From contig OZ224045.1 of the NCBI GenBank assembly GCA_963665325.3, positions 672,001 through 736,000 on the forward strand: a DNA stretch of 64,000 bases, read 5' to 3'. Origin of the DNA: Alphaproteobacteria bacterium. Its GTDB lineage: Bacteria > Pseudomonadota > Alphaproteobacteria > Bin95. The notes beneath the pieces are model-generated. The model had not been told where the DNA came from, searched no databases, and worked only from the letters and a program-made list of their open reading frames with translations. Each line of letters starts with the position of its first letter. Position 1 is the first letter of the stretch. Below, piece after piece: positions 31,429-41,000 of this stretch. The position numbers and the translations under genes were made by a program.

Positions 31429-32904
31429 ATGAACAGCAACGACGGGAGCGAGCGTCGCGACCGGTGGGCGCGGTTGCGCTTCGCGGTGGTCGGGCCGCTT
31501 CTGGCCTCGCCGCCGCCGGCGGGGCGGCTGCACGCCGAGCTTGAGCGGCTTGCCGAACGCGAGTGGGATCACCCGTCCGGCAAGGGCCGGGTGCGCTTCG
31601 CGGTGTCCACGATCGAGCGCTGGTACTACCAGGCGCGGGCGGCGGACAACGATCCGGTGGGGGCGCTCAAGCGGCGCCCGCGCGCCGATGCCGGGCGCCC
31701 GCGCGCGATGTCGCCGACGCTGATCGAGGCGCTGCACGAGCAGTACCGGGCGCATCCGTCGTGGTCGGCGCAGCTTCATCACGAGAATCTGGCCGCGCGG
31801 GTCGAGGCCGATCCCGAGCTCGGCCCGATACCGTCCTACGCGACGCTGACCCGGGCGATGCGGGCTCGCGGGCTGGTACGCAAGCGCCGGCGCAAGTGGC
31901 ATGAGAGCGAGGCCAGGCCGGCGGTCGAAGCCCGCGAGGTATTGAGCTACGAGGTCTCGCGCTCTCACGCCCTGTGGCACGCCGACATGCACAGCGCCAA
32001 GCGTCGCGTGCTGACCGCCTCGGGCGAGTGGAAGACGCCGATCCTGCTCGGCTTCCTCGACGACCACTCGCGCCTCGGCTGCCACCTTCAGTGGTACCTC
32101 GCCGAGACCGCCGAGGTGTTCGTCCACGGCCTTTGCCAGGCCTTCATGAAGCGCGGTCTGCCGAGGTCCCTGCTGACCGACAACGGCGCGGCGATGACCG
32201 CGGGCGAGGTCGAGGAGGGGTTGCACCGGCTCGGCATCGCGGGGGTCACGACGCTCGCTTACAGCCCCCATCAGAACGGCAAGATCGAGTCGTTCTGGGG
32301 CACGGTCGAATCGCGCCTGATGGCTCAGCTCGAAGGCGTCGACGCGCTTACCTTGAAGATGCTCAACGACGCCACCATCGCCTGGCTGGAGCAGGACTAT
32401 CACCGCCGCAAGCACCGCGAGCTCGGCATGACGCCGCATCAACGCCTGGCCGGGAGCGTCGACGCGTCGAGATCCTGCCCCGGCTCGGCCGAGCTCAAGG
32501 CGGCCTTCCGCATCACCAGGAAGCGCACGCTCAGGCGCTCGGACGGCACCGTCTCGGTCGAGGGCATCCGCTACCAGGTGCCACAGCCGTGGCGCCACCT
32601 GCGCGAGGCCTGGATCCGTTACGCGCGCTGGAACCTCGCCAGCGTCGATCTGATCGACGGTCGAGGCGGCGAGCGCCTGTGCACGCTGTACCCCCTCGAC
32701 AAGCGCGGCAACGCCGATGGCGTGCGCCGTCCCGCCGGCCCCGGCGGCAACGATGGCAATGGCGGCGCGGGGACGGGGGAACTTCCGCCGCTGCTCAAGG
32801 GCATGCTCGACGCCCAGGCCGCAACCGGCCTGCCGCCGGCCTGGCTGCCCCATGACAAGACGCCCGGTCCGGGCGAGGACGAAGATCGGGGAGATGCGCC
32901 ATGA
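31429..32904 (+). CDS. DDE transposase/integrase (rve core, Mu/TnsB-like C-terminal domain)
   Basis: WHAD, LDDHSR, LTDNG, NGKIESF catalytic motifs; N-terminal HTH (STIERWY); DGTVSVEGIRYQVP. Confidence 0.92.
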   Translation: MNSNDGSERRDRWARLRFAVVGPLLASPPPAGRLHAELERLAEREWDHPSGKGRVRFAVSTIERWYYQARAADNDPVGALKRRPRADAGRPRAMSPTLIEALHEQYRAHPSWSAQLHHENLAARVEADPELGPIPSYATLTRAMRARGLVRKRRRKWHESEARPAVEAREVLSYEVSRSHALWHADMHSAKRRVLTASGEWKTPILLGFLDDHSRLGCHLQWYLAETAEVFVHGLCQAFMKRGLPRSLLTDNGAAMTAGEVEEGLHRLGIAGVTTLAYSPHQNGKIESFWGTVESRLMAQLEGVDALTLKMLNDATIAWLEQDYHRRKHRELGMTPHQRLAGSVDASRSCPGSAELKAAFRITRKRTLRRSDGTVSVEGIRYQVPQPWRHLREAWIRYARWNLASVDLIDGRGGERLCTLYPLDKRGNADGVRRPAGPGGNDGNGGAGTGELPPLLKGMLDAQAATGLPPAWLPHDKTPGPGEDEDRGDAP

Positions 32905-33734
32905 ACCGGGAACTGCTCACCTTCTACGGGCTCAAGTGGAACCCCTTCGCCACCGACCTGCCGGTCGACAGTCTCATGGCGACGCCTGCCGTCGACAGCT
33001 TCTGCCTCAGGATCGAGCGCCACCTGGTGCGCCAGGGCGGCTTCGCCTTGATCGCCGGCGAGCCCGGCGCCGGAAAGAGTGTGGCGTTGCGCCTGCTCGC
33101 CGACCGTCTCGGCCGCTGCGAGGGGCTCAGCATCGCCGCCATCACCCATCCCTCCTCCCGGCTGTCCGACTTCTACCGCGAGATCGGCGAGATGTTCGGC
33201 GTCGACCTGATGTACAACAACCGCTGGGCCAGCTTCAAAAGCCTGCGCGAGCGCTGGCTCGCCCATGTCGACGATACCCGCATGCGCCCCGTCGTGCTCG
33301 TCGACGAGGCCCAGGAGCTGCTGCCCTCGGTGTTCTCCGAGATCCGCCTGCTGGCTTCGACCGACTTCGACTCGCGCGCCATCCTCTCGGTCGTCCTCGC
33401 CGGCGACACGCGCCTGCTCGACAAGCTCCGCCAGCCCGATCTGCAGCCCATCGCCTCGCGCATCCGCCAGCGCCTGGTCATGACCAAGGCCGAGGCCGGC
33501 GACCTCGCGGCCCTGCTCGACCATCTGATCGAGCAGGCCGGCAATCCCGGCCTCATGACCGCGGGCCTCAAGGACACCCTGGTCGCCCATGCCGACGGCA
33601 ACCCGCGGGCGCTCACCGTCATGGCCGACGCCCTGCTCGCCGCCGCCGCCGAGAAGGAGCGCGAGGTCCTCGACGAGAAGCTCTTCATCGAGACCCTGGG
33701 CGAACCCGCCAAGCCGAGGAGGGCGCGGCGGTGA
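32901..33734 (+). CDS. ExeA/TnsC/MuB-like AAA+ ATPase (transposition helper)
   Basis: FYGLKWNPF, Walker A GEPGAGKS, Walker B VLVDEAQ, LAG, GNPR; ATGA coupling to the transposase. Confidence 0.88.
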   Translation: MNRELLTFYGLKWNPFATDLPVDSLMATPAVDSFCLRIERHLVRQGGFALIAGEPGAGKSVALRLLADRLGRCEGLSIAAITHPSSRLSDFYREIGEMFGVDLMYNNRWASFKSLRERWLAHVDDTRMRPVVLVDEAQELLPSVFSEIRLLASTDFDSRAILSVVLAGDTRLLDKLRQPDLQPIASRIRQRLVMTKAEAGDLAALLDHLIEQAGNPGLMTAGLKDTLVAHADGNPRALTVMADALLAAAAEKEREVLDEKLFIETLGEPAKPRRARR

Positions 33735-34729
33735 AGGGCTTCCCGACACGGGCGCCGGCGGAGCTCGAAGAGCGCCCCCAGGCGCGCCGCTGGATGGTCG
33801 AGGCGTTGTGGTCCGAGCAGGGCGTCGGCATCGTCGGCGGCGAGCCCAAGTGCGGCAAATCCTTCCTCGCACTCGACATCGCCGTCGCGGTCGCCGCCGG
33901 CGTCCCCTGCCTGCGCCACTTCCGTCCCGCCGCAAGCGGCCCCGTGCTGCTGTTCGCCGCCGAGGACGCCGGCCATATCGTGCGCGCACGCCTCCAGGGC
34001 ATCGCAAAGGCGGCAGGCACCGCGTTCGAGACCCTCGACATCGCCGTCATCGACGTGCCCACGCTGCGTCTCGACCATCGCGCCGATCGCCAGCGCCTGG
34101 TCGAGACGGTGGAGCGCGTCTCACCCCGCCTCGTCGTCCTCGACCCCCTCGTGCGCCTGCACGGCGTCGACGAAAATACCGTCGCCGAGGTCGCCCCCAT
34201 GCTGGGCTTCCTGCGCGACATACAGCGCCGCTTCGAAACCGCCGTCCTCCTCGTCCATCACGCACGAAAGAGCGGCGGCTCCCGGCCCGGGCAGGCGCTG
34301 CGCGGCAGCAGCGAACTTCACGCCTGGGGCGATTCGAATCTGTACCTGCGCCGGCGAGACCGCCAGATCCTCATGACCGTCGAGCATCGCGACGCCCCTG
34401 GCCTCGAAGACCTCGAGATCGAACTCGCCGACGACGACGAGCGCCCCGCCCTGCGGTTGCGCGAGACGCCGGAAGACCAGGCGCCGGAGCCGGATACCCC
34501 CGAACGGCGCATCCTGCAGGCCCTCGCCGACGCCGACGCGCCGCTCTCCCAGCGCCGGATCCGCGAGCGCGCGGCAACCCGGCCCGCAACCGTCGCCGAG
34601 GCGCTGCACAGGCTCGTCCGCGAAGGACGCGTCGAGCGCGCATCCGAAGGCGGATACCGCCTCGCCGCCCTCAACGGCAACGACCGCAGGGACACGTTAC
34701 CGAAAACCGTTACCGCCTCGAACCCCTAG
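33731..34729 (+). CDS. RepA-like (AAA_25 / SF4) helicase-ATPase with C-terminal winged HTH, 332 aa
   Basis: GGEPKCGKS, AAED, VVLDPL, DEN, LVHHARK, RGSS; wHTH PLSQRRIRE...VAEALHRLVREGRV; GTGA coupling. Confidence 0.82.
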   Translation: MKGFPTRAPAELEERPQARRWMVEALWSEQGVGIVGGEPKCGKSFLALDIAVAVAAGVPCLRHFRPAASGPVLLFAAEDAGHIVRARLQGIAKAAGTAFETLDIAVIDVPTLRLDHRADRQRLVETVERVSPRLVVLDPLVRLHGVDENTVAEVAPMLGFLRDIQRRFETAVLLVHHARKSGGSRPGQALRGSSELHAWGDSNLYLRRRDRQILMTVEHRDAPGLEDLEIELADDDERPALRLRETPEDQAPEPDTPERRILQALADADAPLSQRRIRERAATRPATVAEALHRLVREGRVERASEGGYRLAALNGNDRRDTLPKTVTASNP

Positions 34730-34756
34730 GGAGAGAGGGTAACGGTAACGGGTAAC
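34695..34756. repeat. Iteron-like array: 2x GTTACC facing 3x GGTAAC around the palindrome CCCTAGGG
   Basis: CGTTACCG at 34695 and 34708; CCCTAGGG 34724-34731; GGTAAC at 34738, 34744, 34751. Confidence 0.8.
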
Positions 34757-35002
34757 ACCGCTCCCATTGTCACACTGCGTAAAGCGGCCGGCCCGTGGCC
34801 GGAAGCTTGCTTACGGCCATGGATGCACTCCGTCGGAGGGACGGCGGCGGGTCACCCGAAGGGCCGGAGCGCAGCGCAGGAGCCGCGAAGCGGCTTGACG
34901 CGCCGACGGCCGTCCGACACCCCCGCCGTCACGCCCGGCCCGACGCCTGAAAACCATCGAACAACGTGACCATCCCGCCATCAGATACCGAGAGCACACT
35001 CA

Positions 35003-38000
35003 TCCGGAACCGACGAACCGGCCGCGTGGCGGTATTCATACTCCGTGACCGCTGAGCCGCCATCGTCTGCCGGCGCCGTCCATGCGAGCACGACCTCGCC
35101 GTCGCCCGGCGTCGCCACAAGGGTCTGCGGCGCAAACGGTACCGTTGCCGCCGGCGACCCCATCCCGGTAACTGCAGCGCCCGGCCCGACATTGTTCACT
35201 GCGCGAACCTCGAAGGCGTATTCCGTGCCGTTGGTCAGGCTGTCCACCGTTGCTGTCAGGCTCGTCCCGGCCGATTGCCAGGCCGTCTCATCGGGAACCG
35301 CTTCGCCCTCGGCATGTCGGTATTCGTAGCCCGTGACCGCAGAGCCGCCATTGCTGGACGGCGCCTGCCAGGTCAGCACTACTTCGCCGTTGCCCGGCGT
35401 TGCCACGAGGCTCTGCGGCAGGCCCGGCACCGTCGCGGGCGTCGCCGACATTGCGGCGGCCTCGCTCTCGCCTTCAGCGTTCACCGCACGCACCTCGAAG
35501 GCGTAATCCGTGCCGTTGGTCAGGCTGTCCACCGTCGCCGTCAGGCCCGTCCCGGCCGATTGCCAGGCCGTCTCATCGGGAACCGACGCGCCTTCCGCGT
35601 GGCGGTATTCGTATTCCGTGACCGCAGAGCCGCCATTGCTGGCCGGTGCCTGCCAGGTCAGCACTACTTCGCCGTCGCCCGGCGTCGTCGAGAAATTCTG
35701 CGGCGGGCCCGGCACCGTCGCCGGCGTCGCCGTCGCCGCGGCGGGCTTGCCCTCGCCTTCAGCGTTCACCGCGCGCACCTCGAAGGCGTATTCCGTGCCG
35801 TTGGTCAGGCTGTCCACTGTCGCCGTCAGGCTCGTCCCGGCCGATTGCCAGGCCGTCTCATCGGGAACCGACGCGCCCTCGGCATGGCGGTATTCATACT
35901 CCGTGACCGCAGAGCCGCCATTGCTTGCCGGCGCCTGCCAGGTCAGCACTACTTCGCCGTTGCCCGGCGTCGCCACAAGGCTCTGCGGCACACTCGGCAC
36001 CGTTGCAGGCGTCGCCGACTTTGCGGCGGCCCCGCCCTCGCCTTCAGCGTTCACCGCGCGCACCTCGAAGGCGTATTCCGTGCCGTTGGTCAGGCTGTCC
36101 ACCGTCGCTGTCAGGCTCGTCCCGGCCGATTGCCAGGCCGTCTCATCGGGAACCGCTTCGCCCTCGGCATGGCGGTATTCGTAGCCCGTGACCGCAGAAC
36201 CGCCATTGCTGGCCGGAGCCTGCCAGGTCAGCACGACCTCGCCGTCGCCCGGAGTGGCCGCCAGATTCTGGGGCACAGACGGAACCTTCGGCTGGACTGC
36301 CGGCGTTGCCGCCGCTGTAGCGGCCTCGCCCTCGCCTTCAGCGTTCATCGCGCGCACCTCGAAGGCGTATTCCGTGCCGTTGGTCAGGCTGTCCACCGTT
36401 GCCGTCAGGCTCGTCCCGGCCGATTGCCAGGCCGTTTCATCGGGAACCGACGCGCCCTCGGCATGGCGGTATTCGTAGCCCGTGACCGCAGAGCCGCCAT
36501 TGCTGGCCGGAGCCTGCCAGGTCAGCACGACCTCGCCGTCGCCCGGAGTGGCCGCCAGATTCTGGGGCACAGACGGAACCGTCGGCTGGACTGCCGGCGT
36601 TGCCGCCGCTGTAGCGGCCTCGCCCTCGCCTTCAGCGTTCATCGCGCGCACCTCGAAGGCGTATTCCGTGCCGTTGGTCAGGCTGTCCACCGTTGCCGTC
36701 AGGCTCGTCCCGGCCGATTGCCAGGCCGTTTCATCGGGAACCGACGCGCCCTCGGCATGGCGGTATTCGTAGCCCGTGACCGCAGAGCCGCCATTGCTGG
36801 CCGGAGCCTGCCAGGTCAGCACGACCTCGCCGTCGCCCGGCATTGCCGCGAGGCTCTGCGGCACAGACGGAACCGTCGGCTGGACTGCCGGCGTTGCCGC
36901 CGCTGTAGCGGCCTCGCCCTCGCCTTCATTGTTCACCGCGCGCACCTCGAAGGCGTATTCCGTGCCGTTGGTCAGGCTGTCCACCGTCGCTGTCAGGCTC
37001 GTCCCGGCCGATTGCCAGGCCGTCTCATCGGGAACCGACGCGCCCTCAGCGTGGCGGTATTCGTAGCCCGTGACCGCAGAGCCGCCATTGCTGGCCGGCG
37101 CCTGCCAGGTCAGCACTACTTCGCCGTCGCCCGGCGTTGCCGCGAGGCTCTGCGGCAGGCCCGGCACCGTCACCGGCGTCGCCGTAGCCGTAGCGGCCTC
37201 GCCCTCGCCTTCAGCGTTCACCGCGCGCACCTCGAAGGCGTATTCCGTGCCGTTGGTCAGGCTGTCCACCGTCGCCGTCAGGCTCGTTCCGGCCGATTGC
37301 CAGGCCGTCTCATCGGGAACCGACGCGCCCTCAGCGTGGCGGTATTCGTATTCCGTCACCGCAGAGCCGCCATTGCTGGCCGGCGCCTGCCAGGTCAGCA
37401 CGACCTCGCCGTCGCCCGGCGTTGCCGCGAGGCTCTGCGGCACAGACGGAACCGTCGGCTGGACTGCCGGCGTTGTCGTCGCGGTAGCAGGCTCGCTGCC
37501 GCCAACGACATTCACCGCCCGCACCTCGAAGGTGTATTCCGTGCCGTTGGTCAGGCCGCGGCGCGTGACGTGCGTTCTCTTGCCGGTGGATAGCCAGGCC
37601 GCTTCAGCGGGCACCGAGGCGCCCTCGGCCAACCGGTATTCATAGTCGATGACCGCAGAACCGCCGTTACTCGACGGCACCTTCCAAGTAAGGGTCACCT
37701 GGCCGTCGGCCGGCGTCGTCGAGAGGTTCTGCGGCGGACCCGGTACGGTCGCCGGCGTCGCCGTCGCCGCGGCGGGATCGCTCTCGCCTTCAGCGTTCAC
37801 CGCGCGCACCTCGAAGGCGTATTCCGTGCCGTTGGTCAGGCTGTTCACCGTCGCTGTCAGGCTTGTCCCGGCGGACTGCCAGGCCGTCTCATCAGGAACC
37901 GACGCGCCTTCTGCGTGGCGGTATTCGTATTCCGTGACCGCAGAACCGCCATTGCTGGCCGGCGCCTGCCAGGTCAGCACTACTTCGCCGTCGCCCGGAG

Positions 38001-41000
38001 TGGCCGCCAGATTCTGGGGCACAGACGGAACCGTCGGCTGGGCTGCCGGCGTCACCGTAGCCGTGGCGGCCCCGCCCTCGCCTTCAGCGTTCACCGCGCG
38101 CACCTCGAAGGCATATTCCGTGCCGTTGGTCAGGCTGTCCACCGTCGCTGTCAGGCCCGTCCCGGCGGACTGCCAGGCCGTTTCATCGGGAACCGCTTCG
38201 CCCTCGGCATGGCGGTATTCATACTCCGTGACCGCAGAGCCGCCATTGCTGGCCGGAGCCTGCCAGGTCAGCACGACCTCGCCGTCGCTCGGCGTCGTCG
38301 AGAAATTCTGAGGCGGGCCCGGTACGGTCGCCGGCGTCGCCGCCGTCGTCGCCGCCTCGCCCGCGGTGGCATTGCTGACCGCTCGCACCTCGAACGCATA
38401 TGCCGTGCCGTTGGTCAGATCGGACACGGTGAGCGTCGTCACGAGCCCCACCGGGGTCCATGTCGTATCGCCCGGCACACTCGCGCCTTCGGCATGGCGC
38501 ACGTCGTAACGCGCGATATCGGCGCCGCCGTCATCCGCCGGCGCCTGCCACCGCAGCTCAACCCCGCCGTCGGCCGGCGTCGCCATCAGGTTTCGCGGCG
38601 CGGACGGGGGAAGACCCGGCGTCGCCTGGATTTGCGCTGCCGGCCCGTCCCCCTGGGCGTTCACCGCCCGCACCTCGAAGCTGTAGAGCGTCCCGTTGGT
38701 CAGGAACCGGAAAGCGCCGGTAGTACGGAGTCCCGTCGAAATCCAGCGCGTGCTTGCGGGAACCGAGGCGCCTTCGGCGTTGCGCATCTGGTAGTGCCGG
38801 ACATTGGACCCGCCATCGTCTGCCGGCGCCGACCAGCGCAGGACGATCCCGCCGTCTTCCGCCGCCGCGACGACTTCCTGAGGAACGGAGGGCAAGGTCA
38901 GCGGTCCCGCTGTCGCGCTGGCGGGCGCGCCCCCGCCGGCATCGCTCACCGCGCGCACCTCGAAGGCATAGGTCGTGCCCTCGGTCAGGCTGCCTATGGT
39001 CGCCGTCAGATCGGTTCCGGCGGAGATCCAGTCCCTTTCCGCAGGCACCGAGGTGCCCTCGGCGTGGCGGTACTCATACTCCGAGATCGCCGAGGTGCCG
39101 GGATCCGCCGGCGCTTCCCAGGCCAGCGTCACTTCACCGTCGCCCGGCGTCGCGGACAAGTTCTGCGGCGCCGACGGCGCGCTGTCATTGTCCCCGATCG
39201 TGACCGTCATGAGGCAGCCGTCGGCACCGCAAACGGTCGTCCCGTCCGCCTCGCGAATCTGCGCCCATGGGGGGAACCCGGGCGCCCTAATCAGCCTGAC
39301 CGACAGGTTTTCGTCGTCCTCGTCGAGGGCGTCGTCGACGATGGAGAGCGCAACCGTCTTGCGGGCCTGCCAGATACCGCCGACCTCGGAAAAGTCCTCC
39401 GGTTCGATGCGAACTGTGATCGACAGGGTTGCGTAGTCTGCCCCAAACTTTGCGCCCCCGGTCACCGTCTTCGTCGACACCGACACCTCGAAGACTTCGC
39501 TCGGACGGCCGCCGCCCGACTCGACCTCTGCGACGATCGCCACGCTGGTCTCGCTCGCGCCTTCCGCAAATCTATAGGCCGCCTTTTCCGGGCGGGCGGT
39601 GATCGTGGGATGGCGCACCGGCGTCGCCGTCGCCGTCGCCGCAGCGCCCGCGCCGACATCGTTCACCGCCCTCACCTCGAAGGCATAAGCCGTACCGTCG
39701 GTCAGGCTGCTGACTCTTCTGGGCAGAACGTTCGCGATCGATTGCCAGGCCGTTTCGGACGGCACCGTGGCGCCCTCTGCGTAGCGATATTCGTAGCGGT
39801 CAATCGCGGTACTGCCGGAATCCGACGGCGCTTCCCACTCCAGCGTCACCGCGCCGTGGCTCGCCGTCGCCGTCAGGTTTCGCGGCGCGGACGGGGGAAA
39901 GCCGGGCGTCGCCTGGATTTGCGCTGCCGGCCCGTCCCCCTGGGCGTTCACCGCCCGCACCTCGAAGCTGTAGAGCGTCCCGTTGGTCAGGAACCGGAAA
40001 GCGCCGGTAGTGCTGGGTCCCGTCGAAATCCAGCGCGTGCTTGCGGGAACCGAGGCGCCTTCGGCGTTGCGCATCTGGTAGTGCCGGACATTGGACCCGC
40101 CATCGTCCGCCGGCGCCGACCATCGCAGGACGACCCCGCCGTCTTCCGCCGCCGCGACGACATCTTGAGGAACGGAGGGCAAGGTCAGCGGTCCCGCTGT
40201 CGCGCTGGCGGGCGCGCCCCCGCCGGCGTCGCTCACCGCGCGCACCTCGAAGGCATAGGTCGTGCCCTCGGTCAGGCTGCCTATGGTCGCCGTCAGATCG
40301 GTTCCGGCGGAGATCCAGTCCCTTTTCTCGGGTACCGAGGTGCCCTCGGCGTGGCGGTACTCATACTCCGAGATCGCGGAAGTCCCGCTGTCCGCCGGCG
40401 CTTCCCAGGCGAGCGTCACCGCACCGTCTTCCGGCGTCGCCGTAAAGTTCTGCGGCTCCGACGGCGCGCTGTCATTGTCCCCGATCGTAACCGTCATGAG
40501 GCAGACGCCAGAACCGCAAACGGTCGTCCCGTCCGCCTCGCGAATCTGCGCCCATGGGGGGAACCCGGGCGCCATCTCCAGCGTGACCGTCAGGTTCTCG
40601 TCGTCCTCGTCGAGGGCGTCGTCGACGATGGAGAGCGCAACCGTCTTGCGGGCCTGCCAGACACCGCCGACCTTGGAAAAATCCTTCGGTTCGATGCCGA
40701 CCGGAGCCGCCACAGCACCGAAGTCTGCGGGGGACTTTGCGCCTCCGGTCACCTCCTTCGTCGACACCGACACATAGAAGGTCTCACTCGGGCGGCCGCC
40801 GTCCGACTCGACCTCTGCGACGATCGCCACGCTGGTCTCGCTCGCGCCTTCGACGAAATTATAGGCCGCCTTTTCCGGGCGGGCGGTGACCGTGGGTTGG
40901 TGCACCGGCGTCGCCGTCGCCGTCGCCGCAGCGCCCGCGCCGACAGCATTCGCCGCCCGCACCTCGAAGGCATGGGCCGTGCCGTTGGTCAGGCCGCTGA

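Larger units (their letters stand above)
30619..35002 (+). mobile_element. 4384-bp four-gene DDE transposon (Mu/Tn7/Tn552-like chemistry) with 5-bp target-site duplication
   Basis: Ends TGAGCGGGC... and ...GCACACTCA (imperfect IR, TG...CA); TCCGG duplicated at 30614-30618 and 35003-35007; removal restores the host reading frame. Confidence 0.92.

Noticed and set aside
30619-35002. Classifying the element as plain IS21 or as a CRISPR-associated transposon
   Set aside because: The ATPase is ExeA-like rather than IstB-like, two extra genes are present, and there is no cas gene, array or tnsA
28550-38300. Regularly spaced repeats as a possible CRISPR array
   Set aside because: Units are 288-294 bp coding FN3 domains with no unique spacers; no cas genes in the window
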